Below are positions 1-10,909 of a stretch of 64,000 nt of DNA, piece by piece; positions within the stretch are counted from its first letter, which is position 1; every line of letters begins with the position of its first letter. Source of the DNA: Pelagibacteraceae bacterium AG-325-E13. GTDB lineage: Bacteria > Pseudomonadota > Alphaproteobacteria > Pelagibacterales > Pelagibacteraceae. The stretch covers positions 2,418 through 66,417 of the forward strand of contig QBYF01000003.1 of the NCBI GenBank assembly GCA_003282965.1, in the 5' to 3' direction. The notes below the pieces were generated by a model that was not told where the DNA came from, did no database searches, and was given only the letters and a program-made list of their open reading frames with translations. A program made the position numbers and the translations under genes.

Positions 1-1885
1 TGTACTTCATTAACTGCATCATTCCTCTTGCTCCAGCCCAACTATTTGCTTTTGAATCAAATTCGCTTTCTTGTCTTATAATAGCTAAAACAACTTCAGA
101 TTTAGGCATAACTTTATTATTTATTGTACTAGGTGTAGAAATAATTGGATAATTATATTTATTTAAAAATCTTTTTTCGTAGGAAGCTTGTTTTGATATT
201 TGAATTGCAAAATCGTATCTTCCAACATCCGTTGACAATTTAGCAGCTAAAACTTCACTTCCTTTTTCAACATTTAAAGAAGCTAAATGCTTAAGAATAT
301 CTTTTGCATATTTAGTAGCGTCAAGCTCTTTAAGAAGAATAACATTGTTAATTAATCTATTTTTTCTGAACTCCTTCTCATATTCTTTATCAAAAGTAGA
401 TTGATCATTTAATATAAAATTTTCACCAGGTTTTATTTCATTAAATGAAAGCTGACCATAATAAGTCATTGGAAATTTAGCACCTTCTATAAAATATTTT
501 TTAGCTCTTTCGTTGTTTCCCAACTCTTTATAAGCAGCACCTAACCAATAAGCTCCTCTAGCTAAACTAATTGGATAGCCAACATTATTATAAAAATTAT
601 CAAAGTGATTTATTGCATATTCAGCTGAATTTAAAAAAGATAAGGCAATCCAACCAGAAAGCCATTCTGCTTCAGCAAAAGATGGCCCAGAGGATAAAGA
701 ATGTTCGCTAGCAATTTTGTAAGCTGTTTTGTATCTTTTTTTGTAAATTAATGATCTGGCAACACTTTTTCTTTGTTCCCACCATAAATCTGGTCTAACC
801 ATTTGTCTTTCAGTTCTATTTGCATTTTTATATAAAATTTCAAGTGATCCTTCTAATCTTCCTCTTCTATTTCTCCATCTTAATCTATCAAATTCTAATC
901 CAGGATCTTTTTTAAGATGGGCAGGTACTTTAGCTATTGCGTTGTCTACACCGTAAGAATTACTCATTAAAATTTGTCTAGCATTATAAAGAGCTCTTTC
1001 ATCTTTAGGCAAATACTTAAGCATTCTTTTTAAGTCCCAATATTTTTTTTCCCAAGCTAAATAGTCTGCTCTTTTTAAGTGATCTTCAGAAGTTAAAAAC
1101 TTTTTGAATTTAGCTCTATAGTATCCTAAATCATTTTTACTTATGTCAGCATTTGTCCATCCATCTTTAATTAATTTTTGCACTTCATTAGTATTATCTT
1201 GTTCTAGATAGGCTTCTGCTAGCTTAATTTTACCTAAACCACCAAGAGGTGGGTTTTTTTCAAACCAATTAATGACTGCAGTAGGTGAAGAATTTTTTAA
1301 ATAAATTTTTTGTTCAGCAAGATATTTAATTCTATTAATTCTAGGAAAATCTGAATTTCTCTCTATAAATTTTTTATAATCGTTAAATGTAGCAGAGTTA
1401 CCCGTAGTTTTTAAATACATCCATTCAACTAAAGTTCTAAATTCTCTATCTTTTACTTTATCTGCGCTTTTTAAAGCACTATTCCATTTTTTAGATTTTA
1501 TAAATTTAATCGTTTCCTTAGCTTTAGCAAAATCTTTTGCGTTTAAGATCGTGGATTTTTCAGCTTCTTTTGATGGCGTCTTATATGTAGCAGGTTTTTT
1601 TTGCGGAAATATAAAATCAATCTCAACTTTTTTTACATCTTTATTTAGAGTTTTTTCTTCTTTAATTTCTTTTTCTTTTATTACAATATTTTGTTCCGAA
1701 GGGGATGTCTTTAAATTTGGTTTTTTTTGCGGCAATTCATTTGAGACTTTAGATGTAATATTTTTTTCAATTTTTTTAAAAACTGATGGTTTTTTTGCTG
1801 GTAAAATGAATTCATTTTCAGCATAGGCTTTGTTAATAATTAAAAAAATTAATAAAAATACTAGACTAATTAATTTATAAAGCAT
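1..1885 (-). CDS. Soluble lytic murein transglycosylase (Slt70-like), 3' end beyond the window
   Basis: Not in the ORF track. Reverse strand reads ATG at 1885, MLYKLISLVFLLIFLIINKAYAENEF (signal peptide); the window start reads IIRQESEFDSKANSWAGARGMMQLM in the same frame (SLT catalytic E-S and GxMQ motifs). Confidence 0.9.
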   Translation of the reverse strand, partial: MLYKLISLVFLLIFLIINKAYAENEFILPAKKPSVFKKIEKNITSKVSNELPQKKPNLKTSPSEQNIVIKEKEIKEEKTLNKDVKKVEIDFIFPQKKPATYKTPSKEAEKSTILNAKDFAKAKETIKFIKSKKWNSALKSADKVKDREFRTLVEWMYLKTTGNSATFNDYKKFIERNSDFPRINRIKYLAEQKIYLKNSSPTAVINWFEKNPPLGGLGKIKLAEAYLEQDNTNEVQKLIKDGWTNADISKNDLGYYRAKFKKFLTSEDHLKRADYLAWEKKYWDLKRMLKYLPKDERALYNARQILMSNSYGVDNAIAKVPAHLKKDPGLEFDRLRWRNRRGRLEGSLEILYKNANRTERQMVRPDLWWEQRKSVARSLIYKKRYKTAYKIASEHSLSSGPSFAEAEWLSGWIALSFLNSAEYAINHFDNFYNNVGYPISLARGAYWLGAAYKELGNNERAKKYFIEGAKFPMTYYGQLSFNEIKPGENFILNDQSTFDKEYEKEFRKNRLINNVILLKELDATKYAKDILKHLASLNVEKGSEVLAAKLSTDVGRYDFAIQISKQASYEKRFLNKYNYPIISTPSTINNKVMPKSEVVLAIIRQESEFDSKANSWAGARGMMQLMKY

Positions 1886-1915
1886 AAGTTAAAATTAATT
1901 ACCTTATATTGTTTT

Positions 1916-2785
1916 ATGCTGAAAGGATCAATTGTAGCCTTAATTACCCCGTTTGAAAACAACACTCTAAATGAGGATGTTTATCGTCAATTAATTCATT
2001 ATCACTTGAAAAATGGAACAAACGGTGTAGTTCCCGGGGGTACCACAGGTGAGTCACCAACATTATCCCATGATGAACATAAAAAGATTATAGAAGTTGC
2101 TGTTAAAGAATGTAATGGAAAAATTCCAGTAATTGCTGGGACTGGTTCAAACTCTACTTCAGAGGCTATTGAACTTTCAAAATTTGCAGAAAAAGCTGGA
2201 TCAGATGCTTTACTAGTTGTTACACCTTACTACAATAAGCCAACACAAGAAGGTTTGTTTCAACACTATAAAAAAATTAATGATAACGTAGGTATACCTA
2301 TTATTATATACAATATTCCTTCTCGATCAGTAATTGATATGTCCGTTGAAACAATGACAAGATTGTATGAACTTAAAAATATCAAGGGTGTAAAAGATGC
2401 TACTGGTGACCTTAGAAGAGTTGATGCGCAATTAAAAGCAATGGGAAAAGAATTTATACAATTAACTGGCAATGATGATAATGCACTTGAGTTTAACAAA
2501 AAAGGGGGGGTAGGATCCATTAGTGTGACTGCTAATATTGCCGCTAAACTTTGTTCAGATTTTCAAAATTCATGTGTTAATGGATTTAAAGATTCTAAAA
2601 AGTTAGATAAAATTTTACAACCTGTTCATGCGGCAATGTTTATAGAAAGTAATCCTTCTCCAGTAAAGTATGCTGCCTCATTATTAGGATTGTGTAGCCC
2701 TGATGTAAGATTACCTTTAGTACAGGTTAATGAGGCGACAAAAAAAAAATTATCTGAAGCTCTTAAAGTTGCTAAAATACTTTAA
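1916..2785 (+). CDS. dapA: 4-hydroxy-tetrahydrodipicolinate synthase
   Basis: [25 protein letters not shown] Schiff-base Lys motif. Confidence 0.97.
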   Translation: MLKGSIVALITPFENNTLNEDVYRQLIHYHLKNGTNGVVPGGTTGESPTLSHDEHKKIIEVAVKECNGKIPVIAGTGSNSTSEAIELSKFAEKAGSDALLVVTPYYNKPTQEGLFQHYKKINDNVGIPIIIYNIPSRSVIDMSVETMTRLYELKNIKGVKDATGDLRRVDAQLKAMGKEFIQLTGNDDNALEFNKKGGVGSISVTANIAAKLCSDFQNSCVNGFKDSKKLDKILQPVHAAMFIESNPSPVKYAASLLGLCSPDVRLPLVQVNEATKKKLSEALKVAKIL

Positions 2786-3258
2786 TGATTAAAAGAATAG
2801 TACCTGGGCAAAAGACTATCTGTTTAAATAGAAAAGCCAGTTTTAATTATTTTTTCATCGAAACTTTAGAAGCTGGAATTTCTTTAAAAGGATCTGAAGT
2901 AAAATCTTTAAGAGATGGAAAGGGAAGCATTGCGGACTCATATGCGATTGATAATAATGGAGAACTTTTTTTGGTAAATTCTCATATACCTTTATATAGA
3001 CAATCTTCGTATAATAATCATAACCCCAAAGGAGATAGAAAACTTCTTCTTAAAAGGAAAGAAATTAACAAACTAATCGGAAGAATAAACCAAGAAGGTC
3101 TAACAATTGTTCCAACCAAAATGTATTTTGTAAAAGGAAAAGTTAAAGTTGAAATAGCTGTTGCTAAAGGGAAAAAACTTTATGATAAAAGACAAGTTAA
3201 AAAAACTAGAGATTGGAATCGTGAAAAAGCAAGACTCCTCAGCAAGAATAATAAATGA
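2785..3258 (+). CDS. smpB: SsrA-binding protein
   Basis: [33 protein letters not shown] motifs. Confidence 0.97.
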   Translation: MIKRIVPGQKTICLNRKASFNYFFIETLEAGISLKGSEVKSLRDGKGSIADSYAIDNNGELFLVNSHIPLYRQSSYNNHNPKGDRKLLLKRKEINKLIGRINQEGLTIVPTKMYFVKGKVKVEIAVAKGKKLYDKRQVKKTRDWNREKARLLSKNNK

Positions 3259-3764
3259 TACATATAAATATCGGTTCAAATTTAAATTCTAAGTACGGAA
3301 CAAAATTTGATAATATTTCAATAGCAATTAATCTATTAATTGGTACAAAATTAAAAATTAAAAAAATCTCAAATTTTTACGAAACTCCTTCTTATCCAAA
3401 TAAGAGACTACCTAAATTTGCTAATTTAGGGGTAATTGCTGAATATGATTTAGATCATACTAATTTGATCAAAGAAATTTCAATTATTGAAAAAAAAATT
3501 GGAAGAGTTAAATCGAAGAAAAATGACCCAAGGGTTTGCGATATAGACATAATTGACTTCAAAGGAGAAATAAGAGCCACCAGGTTGCTAAATCTGCCTC
3601 ACCCTAGATCTCATACTCGAAATTTTGTGCTTTATCCCATTAAAGAAATAGATCCTAATTGGATCCATCCTATTTTTAAGAAAAATGTTGATTTATTAAT
3701 TAACGAATTAACCCAAAAATCAAGGATAGAGATTACAAGATTGCGTAAAAGTGTTATTATTTAA
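3255..3764 (+). CDS. folK: 2-amino-4-hydroxy-6-hydroxymethyldihydropteridine pyrophosphokinase
   Basis: [23 protein letters not shown] motifs. Confidence 0.93.
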   Translation: MIHINIGSNLNSKYGTKFDNISIAINLLIGTKLKIKKISNFYETPSYPNKRLPKFANLGVIAEYDLDHTNLIKEISIIEKKIGRVKSKKNDPRVCDIDIIDFKGEIRATRLLNLPHPRSHTRNFVLYPIKEIDPNWIHPIFKKNVDLLINELTQKSRIEITRLRKSVII

Positions 3765-3766
3765 AT

Positions 3767-5515
3767 ATGATTAATAATATTGAATTAATTGATAAAATTA
3801 AATCATATAATAAATTTTTAAATTCTAAGTCCTTAAGCAAAGCTTACAATTTTGCATTAGATGCCCACCAAAATCAAAAAAGGGAGGAAGGCGTACCCTA
3901 CATTATTCACCCATTAGCAGTAGCCAATATTTTAACAGAACTGAAACTTGATAGTGCTACTATCACCACAGGCCTATTGCATGATACAATTGAAGATACC
4001 AATGTAACTTATGAAACTGTAAAAAAAGAATTCGGGGAAGAAGTTGCAAATTTGGTTGATGGAGTAACTAAATTATCTGCTCTTGAAGAAAAAGCATCGG
4101 ATAATTCTAAGGCAGAAAATTTTAGAAAATTAATATTAGCTACTTCCAAAGATATAAGAGTTCTACTTGTAAAATTAGCAGACAGACTTCACAATATGCG
4201 TACAATTCATTTTGTAAAAGATAAAGAAAAAATAATAAGAAAAGCAAAAGAAACAATGGAAATCTATGCTCCCTTGGCTGATCGAATGGGAATGAATAGA
4301 ATAAGAGATGAACTAGAAGATCTCTCTTTTTCTGTTTTAAACAAGCCTGCGAGAGATCTAATATTAGATAGATTAAAATTTATAAAAAGTAACAGAGAAG
4401 ATACTTTCAAACTAATTGCTGCAGAATTAATTGATTTATTAGTAGCAAATGGAGTTCAAGCTAAAATTACAGGAAGAGAAAAGACACCTTTTTCTATATG
4501 GAGAAAAATTCAAAATAAGAAAATATCGTTAGAACAGCTTACTGATATAATCGGTTTCAGAATTCTTGTTAATAATATTGAAGATTGTTACAAAACTTTA
4601 GGTATTTTTCATAGTAAATTTCCTGCAATACCAGGAAAATTTAAAGATTATATTTCAACTCCAAAAATAAATAATTATAAATCTATTCATACTTCAATTA
4701 TAGGACCAAAAAAAAATAGAATTGAAATCCAAGTGAGAACTAATGAAATGAATGAATTTGCTGAAAGAGGTATTGCGTCACACTGGAAATATAAATCTTC
4801 AGAAAAATTTTCTGAATTATCATGGAAAGAATATGACTGGTTAAGAGACTTAGTTGAAATTATTGAAAATGGTAGTAGCCCAGAACATTATTTCGAATTT
4901 ACAAAACTTCAAATGTTTCAAGATAATGTTTTTTGTTTTACGCCTAAAGGTGCGGTAATCAAATTACCAAAAAATGCCACTCCAATAGATTTTGCTTACG
5001 CTGTACATACAAAGATTGGCGATAGTGCAATTGCATGTAATGTTAATGGCAGAGAATCCACTTTACAAACTGATTTAAAAAATGGGGATATGGTTGAAAT
5101 TGTTACTTCAAAAAATGCTTCACCTTCTCTTCATTGGCTTTCATCTTCTAAAACTGGAAAAGCCAGATCATCTATTAAAAGATATTGGCAAGATAAAACT
5201 TCTAAAGACTTAAAATCTAAAGAAAAGAATTATACAAGCACGATAGTTGTAGATTTGCCTCATCAACCTGGTGCTCTAGGCAATATAAGTTCACTAATAG
5301 GCATTAATGAAGGTAACATCCTAAACGTAGAACTATTGGAGAAAAAAAAAGATTATTTACAATTTTCTTTTGATATACAAGTTAAAGATTTGAAAAATTT
5401 TACAAACTTGATAAGTCAAATAAAACAAAATAATCTTAATTTTAAGATAATACGTCATAAAGAGAAAAAAAATGCTTTCATACGAAGAATCTTTGAAAAT
5501 TTTAAAAGAAACTAA
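3767..5515 (+). CDS. spoT: Bifunctional (p)ppGpp synthetase/hydrolase (Rel/SpoT), HD-SYNTH-TGS-ACT
   Basis: PYIIHP, LLHDTIED, KLADRLHNMRT, YKSIHT, EIQVRT, FAYAVHT. Confidence 0.95.
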   Translation: MINNIELIDKIKSYNKFLNSKSLSKAYNFALDAHQNQKREEGVPYIIHPLAVANILTELKLDSATITTGLLHDTIEDTNVTYETVKKEFGEEVANLVDGVTKLSALEEKASDNSKAENFRKLILATSKDIRVLLVKLADRLHNMRTIHFVKDKEKIIRKAKETMEIYAPLADRMGMNRIRDELEDLSFSVLNKPARDLILDRLKFIKSNREDTFKLIAAELIDLLVANGVQAKITGREKTPFSIWRKIQNKKISLEQLTDIIGFRILVNNIEDCYKTLGIFHSKFPAIPGKFKDYISTPKINNYKSIHTSIIGPKKNRIEIQVRTNEMNEFAERGIASHWKYKSSEKFSELSWKEYDWLRDLVEIIENGSSPEHYFEFTKLQMFQDNVFCFTPKGAVIKLPKNATPIDFAYAVHTKIGDSAIACNVNGRESTLQTDLKNGDMVEIVTSKNASPSLHWLSSSKTGKARSSIKRYWQDKTSKDLKSKEKNYTSTIVVDLPHQPGALGNISSLIGINEGNILNVELLEKKKDYLQFSFDIQVKDLKNFTNLISQIKQNNLNFKIIRHKEKKNAFIRRIFENFKRN

Positions 5516-6056
5516 TGCTTTGATTGAAGGACACTTTATATTGTCCTCTGGATTACATAGCTCTACATACGTTCAATGTGCCCAACTATTGAGTAAACCA
5601 ATATCTGCTGCTAAAATATGTGTTTCTTTAGCTGAAAAAATTAAATCCTCATTTCAGAAATTTGATTTAGTTTTGTCACCAGCAATGGGTGGAATTGTTA
5701 TAGGTTATGAAATTGGAAAATTATTAAACAAAGAAACTATATTTGCAGAAAGAGTAAACGGAGAATTTAAACTAAGACGTGATTTTATAATAAAAAAAAG
5801 TAATAAAGTCCTTATAGTTGAAGATGTGATCACTACAGGTAAGTCTAGTTTAGAATGTTCAAAACTAGTAAGTGAAGCTGGAGCAAGCATCATTGGTTAT
5901 GCGTGTATTATAGATAGATTAGATAAAGATCAGAAAATAATTAAAGATAATATTGTATCTCAAATCAAACTTAATATTCCCACATACTCAAAAGATAAAT
6001 TACCCGAGAAACTCTCTTCCATAAAACCTATTAAACCTGGTAGCAGAAACCTGTAA
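5472..6056 (+). CDS. pyrE: Orotate phosphoribosyltransferase
   Basis: GHFILSSGLHS, VLIVEDVITTGKS PRPP motif. Confidence 0.95.
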   Translation: MLSYEESLKILKETNALIEGHFILSSGLHSSTYVQCAQLLSKPISAAKICVSLAEKIKSSFQKFDLVLSPAMGGIVIGYEIGKLLNKETIFAERVNGEFKLRRDFIIKKSNKVLIVEDVITTGKSSLECSKLVSEAGASIIGYACIIDRLDKDQKIIKDNIVSQIKLNIPTYSKDKLPEKLSSIKPIKPGSRNL

Positions 6057-6778
6057 TGAAAAAAATTAGACTGGGTGTGAATATTGATCATGTTGCAACA
6101 GTGAGAAATGCGCGTGGAGAAAAATACCCAAGCCCTTTAAGAGCCGCTACTTTGGCAGAAAAATGTGGAGCCGACTCGATAACAATACACTTAAGAGAAG
6201 ACAGACGGCATATAAATGATACCGATCTAAGCTTAATTATTTCTAAATTAAAGATACCATTAAACTTGGAAATAGCGGCTACTAGAGAAATGCTTAAGAT
6301 TGCTTTAAGACATAGACCACCATTTGTTTGTATAGTTCCAGAAAAAAGAAAAGAAATAACAACTGAAGGTGGGCTTAAATTAAATTTCAATAAAAGCTTT
6401 TTAAAAAACATTATCTTTAAACTAAAGAAAAAAAAAATAAGAGTAAGTTTATTTGTAGAACCAAGTCTAACTGATATTAAAAAAGCAAAATTATTAAATG
6501 CAGATTGCATTGAAATTCATACTGGCAAATTTTGTAATTTAATTAATTCAAATAGTAATTTTAACAATGAATTAAATAGAATTAATAAAGCTGTTATATT
6601 GGCTAATAAGATTGGATTAGAAGTTCACGCTGGCCATGGTCTTACTTATAAATCAGCAAAAATACTTTCAAGAATTAAAGGTATAAAAGAATTTAATATC
6701 GGCCATTTTTTAGTAGGAGAGTCAATATTTGTAGGTTTACCAAGTTGTATAAATAAATTTAAAAAGATTGTTAAGTAA
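6056..6778 (+). CDS. pdxJ: Pyridoxine 5'-phosphate synthase
   Basis: LGVNIDHVATVRNAR, HLREDRRH, AGHGL. Confidence 0.97.
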   Translation: MKKIRLGVNIDHVATVRNARGEKYPSPLRAATLAEKCGADSITIHLREDRRHINDTDLSLIISKLKIPLNLEIAATREMLKIALRHRPPFVCIVPEKRKEITTEGGLKLNFNKSFLKNIIFKLKKKKIRVSLFVEPSLTDIKKAKLLNADCIEIHTGKFCNLINSNSNFNNELNRINKAVILANKIGLEVHAGHGLTYKSAKILSRIKGIKEFNIGHFLVGESIFVGLPSCINKFKKIVK

Positions 6779-7161
6779 TGAAAATTTATGGGATAGGAAC
6801 AGATTTATCAAATATTAACAGGATAAAAAAAAATTTAAAAAACAAAAATTTTATAAACAGGATATTCAACAAAGGTGAAATTAAAAAGTGTAATAAACTA
6901 GCTAACAAAGCAAATTGTTATGCAAAAAGATTTGCTGCGAAAGAAGCTTTTTCTAAAGCTATTGGAACTGGAATCTCCAAAGGTATAAATTTTAACGAGA
7001 TCATAGTGTATAATACGAATTCTGGAAGACCCACCATCAGATTATTGGGTAATACTAAGAAAATAACTACTAAAATCTTGAATAAAAAAAAATTTAATAT
7101 TTTTCTATCATTGTCAGATGATAAACCATTTGCAGTTGCTACAGTTGTTATTTCTATATGA
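6778..7161 (+). CDS. acpS: Holo-[acyl-carrier-protein] synthase
   Basis: GIGTD, RFAAKEAFSKAIGTG. Confidence 0.96.
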   Translation: MKIYGIGTDLSNINRIKKNLKNKNFINRIFNKGEIKKCNKLANKANCYAKRFAAKEAFSKAIGTGISKGINFNEIIVYNTNSGRPTIRLLGNTKKITTKILNKKKFNIFLSLSDDKPFAVATVVISI

Positions 7162-7901
7162 AAAAAAAAAAAATTATTAATTTGGTTTTAGAGAATATTA
7201 AAACAATAGTCGGAGCATTATTTATTGCTATAATAATAAGATCCCTTCTTTTTCAACCTTTTTACATACCATCTTCTTCCATGGAACCAACTTTATTAAT
7301 AGGAGACCGTATTTTTGTATCTAAATATACCTATGGATATAGCAGACATTCTTTTCCATTTAGTCCGAAGCTAATTAATGAAAGACTTTTTAATGAAGCG
7401 CCTACTCTAGGTGACCTTGTAGTTTTTAAAACACCAGTAGACAATCGAACAGATTATATAAAAAGATTAATTGGTCTACCAGGAGATCAAATACAATTTA
7501 TCGAAGGGGAGATTTATCTTAATAATAAAAGAATTATAAAGAAAAAAATCACAGATATTGAGCTGGTTAGATGTGGAAAAATATCCTTTAAAGTCAATGC
7601 CTATGAGGAGACTTTACCTAATGGAAGAAAATATGTAGCCGTTTACAATAAATCAGGGACACTACAAAATTCAAAAAAATTTATAGTCCCTGAAAATCAT
7701 TTTTTCTTTTTAGGTGATAATCGTGATTGCTCAAAAGATAGTAGATTTTTACAAAGTGTTGGATATGTGAGTCATATAAATTTAGTAGGTAAGGCCCAGA
7801 TTATATTCTTTTCTAATGACACAGTTAGTGGAAGTTTGTTCAAATTTTGGAATTTAGGAAATTCATTTAGATTTAATAGAGTTTTTAAAAAAATAAAATG
7901 A
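7158..7901 (+). CDS. lepB: Signal peptidase I
   Basis: IPSSSMEPTL, YIKRLIGLPGD, GDNRDCSKDSR. Confidence 0.97.
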   Translation: MKKKKIINLVLENIKTIVGALFIAIIIRSLLFQPFYIPSSSMEPTLLIGDRIFVSKYTYGYSRHSFPFSPKLINERLFNEAPTLGDLVVFKTPVDNRTDYIKRLIGLPGDQIQFIEGEIYLNNKRIIKKKITDIELVRCGKISFKVNAYEETLPNGRKYVAVYNKSGTLQNSKKFIVPENHFFFLGDNRDCSKDSRFLQSVGYVSHINLVGKAQIIFFSNDTVSGSLFKFWNLGNSFRFNRVFKKIK

Positions 7902-8566
7902 AAAATTTAATTAAAGAATTACAATTAACAATAAATTATAATTTTCAAAATCTTGATCTTCTTAATCGGTCTTTAATTCATAAAAGTTTTGATAACCAAA
8001 ATAATAACGAAAAATTGGAATTTTTAGGAGATAGAGTGTTAGGTTTAATAATATCAAAAAAATTATTAGAAATATATCCAGAAGAAAAAGAAGGAATTAT
8101 TGATAAGAAATATGCAAACCTAGTAAATAAGAAAACTTGTTTAAACATAGCAAAAAAAATCGATATAAAAAAGTTTATGATATTAGGAGGATCACATCAA
8201 TTTTTAGAAAGGTCAGAAGATAAAATAATTAGTGATTGTTTAGAGGCCCTTATAGGTGCCATATTTTTAGATGGAGGGTTAAAATCAGCTGAAAAATTTA
8301 TTCTAAGTTTCTGGAAAGAAAACTTACAAAACTCCACTCTGCCTTTGATTGACGCAAAAACTAAACTTCAAGAATATAGTTTAAAAAAATTTAAAGAATT
8401 ACCTAAATATAAATTTTATAAAAAAACTGGCCCTCAGCACAAACCTACATTTAAAACTGATGTTCAAATACAAAATTCTAAAAAATTTGTTGGCACTGGA
8501 ACTTCAAAAAAAAGTGCACAACAAAATGCTGCTAACAAGTTATTAATTGAACTCAAAATTATATGA
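7898..8566 (+). CDS. rnc: Ribonuclease III
   Basis: NEKLEFLGDRVL, DCLEALIGA, C-terminal dsRBD. Confidence 0.97.
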   Translation: MKNLIKELQLTINYNFQNLDLLNRSLIHKSFDNQNNNEKLEFLGDRVLGLIISKKLLEIYPEEKEGIIDKKYANLVNKKTCLNIAKKIDIKKFMILGGSHQFLERSEDKIISDCLEALIGAIFLDGGLKSAEKFILSFWKENLQNSTLPLIDAKTKLQEYSLKKFKELPKYKFYKKTGPQHKPTFKTDVQIQNSKKFVGTGTSKKSAQQNAANKLLIELKII

Positions 8567-9243
8567 ATTGGGAAGACGAATGTTATCTTTTGTCTAAAAG
8601 AAAATTTAGAGAGAATGCCAACATTATAAATATTTTTACTCCTAATAGAGGCAAAGTAGCTGGCATAGTATATGGAGGCAACTCAAGGAAAATTAGAAAT
8701 TATTTACAAGTAAGTAACAAATTATTTGTTTTTAATAATTCTAAAAATGATAATAGGATCGGTTACTTCAAAACTGAGTTAATTAACCCTATCTCTCCAA
8801 ATTATTTTGACGACAAAAAAAGAACCTCAGCATTGATTTCTTTATGCTCTTTACTTAATAGTCTTTTGCCTGAGTCGCAACCTTACATGAATATTTATAA
8901 ATCATTCGAAAAGTTTATTAAAATTTTAAATTTAGATAACTGGATCATTTTATATATTTTTTTTGAAATAAATCTTATCAAAGAATTAGGTTATGACACT
9001 AATCTAAATATGTTTAATGATTCTATAGATAATATTAATGATGTAAAAAAAATTAAAATTGATGAATATAATTATGAAGTACCAAATTTTTTGATAAAAC
9101 AGGAAATGCCAAATGAAATTACCAAATTGTTAATTAAAAAATCTTTATTATTTACTAGAAGTGTTTTATTAAACAAATTTTTCATTCCAAATAATCTTAT
9201 GTTTCCGAAATCTAGAATTATTTTAGAAAATTATTTCAACTAA
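8563..9243 (+). CDS. recO: DNA repair protein RecO
   Basis: MNWEDE...FRENANI...GKVAGIV N-terminal OB pattern; position after rnc. Confidence 0.85.
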   Translation: MNWEDECYLLSKRKFRENANIINIFTPNRGKVAGIVYGGNSRKIRNYLQVSNKLFVFNNSKNDNRIGYFKTELINPISPNYFDDKKRTSALISLCSLLNSLLPESQPYMNIYKSFEKFIKILNLDNWIILYIFFEINLIKELGYDTNLNMFNDSIDNINDVKKIKIDEYNYEVPNFLIKQEMPNEITKLLIKKSLLFTRSVLLNKFFIPNNLMFPKSRIILENYFN

Positions 9244-10225
9244 TTTTTTTAGCTATTTCTAAAGCAAAATAGGTTACCACCGCAGATGCTCCGGCTCTTT
9301 TAAAAGCCATTAGGCTTTCTAATATTGCCTCTTCTTTAATTAGTTTATGTCTTATACCGTATTTTATTAGACTATATTCTCCAGAAACTTGATAAGCAAA
9401 TATAGGTATTTTAAAATTATCCTTAATATTTTTAATAATATCTAAATAAGGTAAGCCAGGTTTAACCATAACAATGTCAGCTCCTTCCTTAACATCTAAA
9501 GCAACTTCTCTGAGTGATTCATTAGAATTTCTATAATCCATTTGATATGTTTTCTTATCAGATTTTAAATTAATCTTTGATCCAACGGCATCTCTGAATG
9601 GTCCGTAAAAACTTGAAGCATATTTTACAGCGTAAGATAATATGCAAACATCATGAAAATTTTTTCTATCTAAAGCTTTTCTAATTTCACCAATTCTTCC
9701 ATCCATCATATCAGATGGAGATATTACATCACATCCCATTTCTGCTTGGATTAAGGCTTGTTTAACAAGAATTTTATTTGTCTTATCATTATCAATTTTA
9801 TTATTGAATATTATTCCATCGTGGCCGTGAGAAGTGTAAGGATCTAGCGCTACATCACACATAATTCCTATTTTAGGATATTTTTTTTTAATAAGTTTTA
9901 TGGATTTACAAATTAGGTTATTCTTATTTAGTGCCTCAGTACCAAGCTTGTTTTTTTTATTTTTTGAAATGTAAGGAAAAAGAGCTATCATAGGGATACT
10001 ATATTTCTGAACCTTTCTCATAATGGAGTCTAATTTATCTAACGAATACCTATTTACACCTGGCATCGATTTAATGGGTTCTACTTTATTCTTTCCGTCT
10101 CTTACAAATATTGGGAGTACTAAGTCATTAATACTAAGACTATTTTCTGATACTAGTCTTCTTATCCATCCTTTTTTGCGAATTCTTCGCAATCTTATGT
10201 CTGGAAATTTGCCTGCTATCTTCAT
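9236..10225 (-). CDS. hemB: Porphobilinogen synthase (Asp-rich, Zn-independent type)
   Basis: DVALDPYTSHGHDG, SDMMDGR, MVKPG, AYQVSGEY. Confidence 0.97.
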   Translation of the reverse strand: MKIAGKFPDIRLRRIRKKGWIRRLVSENSLSINDLVLPIFVRDGKNKVEPIKSMPGVNRYSLDKLDSIMRKVQKYSIPMIALFPYISKNKKNKLGTEALNKNNLICKSIKLIKKKYPKIGIMCDVALDPYTSHGHDGIIFNNKIDNDKTNKILVKQALIQAEMGCDVISPSDMMDGRIGEIRKALDRKNFHDVCILSYAVKYASSFYGPFRDAVGSKINLKSDKKTYQMDYRNSNESLREVALDVKEGADIVMVKPGLPYLDIIKNIKDNFKIPIFAYQVSGEYSLIKYGIRHKLIKEEAILESLMAFKRAGASAVVTYFALEIAKKIS

Positions 10226-10311
10226 GTATTTAAGTATATAGTTTATAAAATTTTGTTTGATGCGACAAATATTATATTATATTCAACAATATTGTAATTT
10301 AAAAAGGTTTT

Positions 10312-10908
10312 ATGAATCAACTTAACTATTCAGATTTTTATCAAGTACCCGAATTAAAATTTGATATAACAAAATTAAGAGAAGATTTAGATATTATTTT
10401 AAAAAAAAAGGGTTTCACATCTCCAAAAGGAGTTTCTAATTTTGGAGCAATTCCATTAAACCAGATCCCAAATGATGAAGATTCAATTAAAGGAAATAAT
10501 ATTAGAGGAGTTTACTGGACTATCGCTGATGAGTCCGGAAAAGAAGTATCTAGAGACGTTGCGATAGATGAGTCAAAATACACTCAACTTGTTCCAGAGT
10601 TTGAAAATACCTATTTTAAAGAAGTTTATAAGACTCTAAGTAAAAAATTTAAATTAGGAAGAGTTAGGCTTTTGCTTAAAGAACCAAGATCAACATTAAG
10701 TTGGCACAAAGATCCTGAGCCTAGACTTCATATACCAATTATAACAAATTTAGGTTGCTCTATGGTTATAGAAAATGTTGCAAAACACTTGCCAGCTGAT
10801 GGCCATGTAACAATAACAAATAATACTAAGTATCATAATTTTTTTAATGGAGGCGAACAATCTCGTGTTCATCTAGTAGCCTGTGTTTTAGAAAATCCAT
10901 TTCAATAG
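10312..10908 (+). CDS. 2OG-Fe(II) oxygenase, aspartyl/asparaginyl beta-hydroxylase-like
   Basis: RVRLL..WHKD (HxD)..RLHIPIITN..YH..RVHLV jelly-roll signature. Confidence 0.75.
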   Translation: MNQLNYSDFYQVPELKFDITKLREDLDIILKKKGFTSPKGVSNFGAIPLNQIPNDEDSIKGNNIRGVYWTIADESGKEVSRDVAIDESKYTQLVPEFENTYFKEVYKTLSKKFKLGRVRLLLKEPRSTLSWHKDPEPRLHIPIITNLGCSMVIENVAKHLPADGHVTITNNTKYHNFFNGGEQSRVHLVACVLENPFQ

Positions 10909-10909
10909 A

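Noticed and set aside
1551-1826. + strand 91-aa ORF and the other short antisense or out-of-frame ORFs nested in identified genes
   Set aside because: Shadows of well-supported genes with no recognisable motifs.
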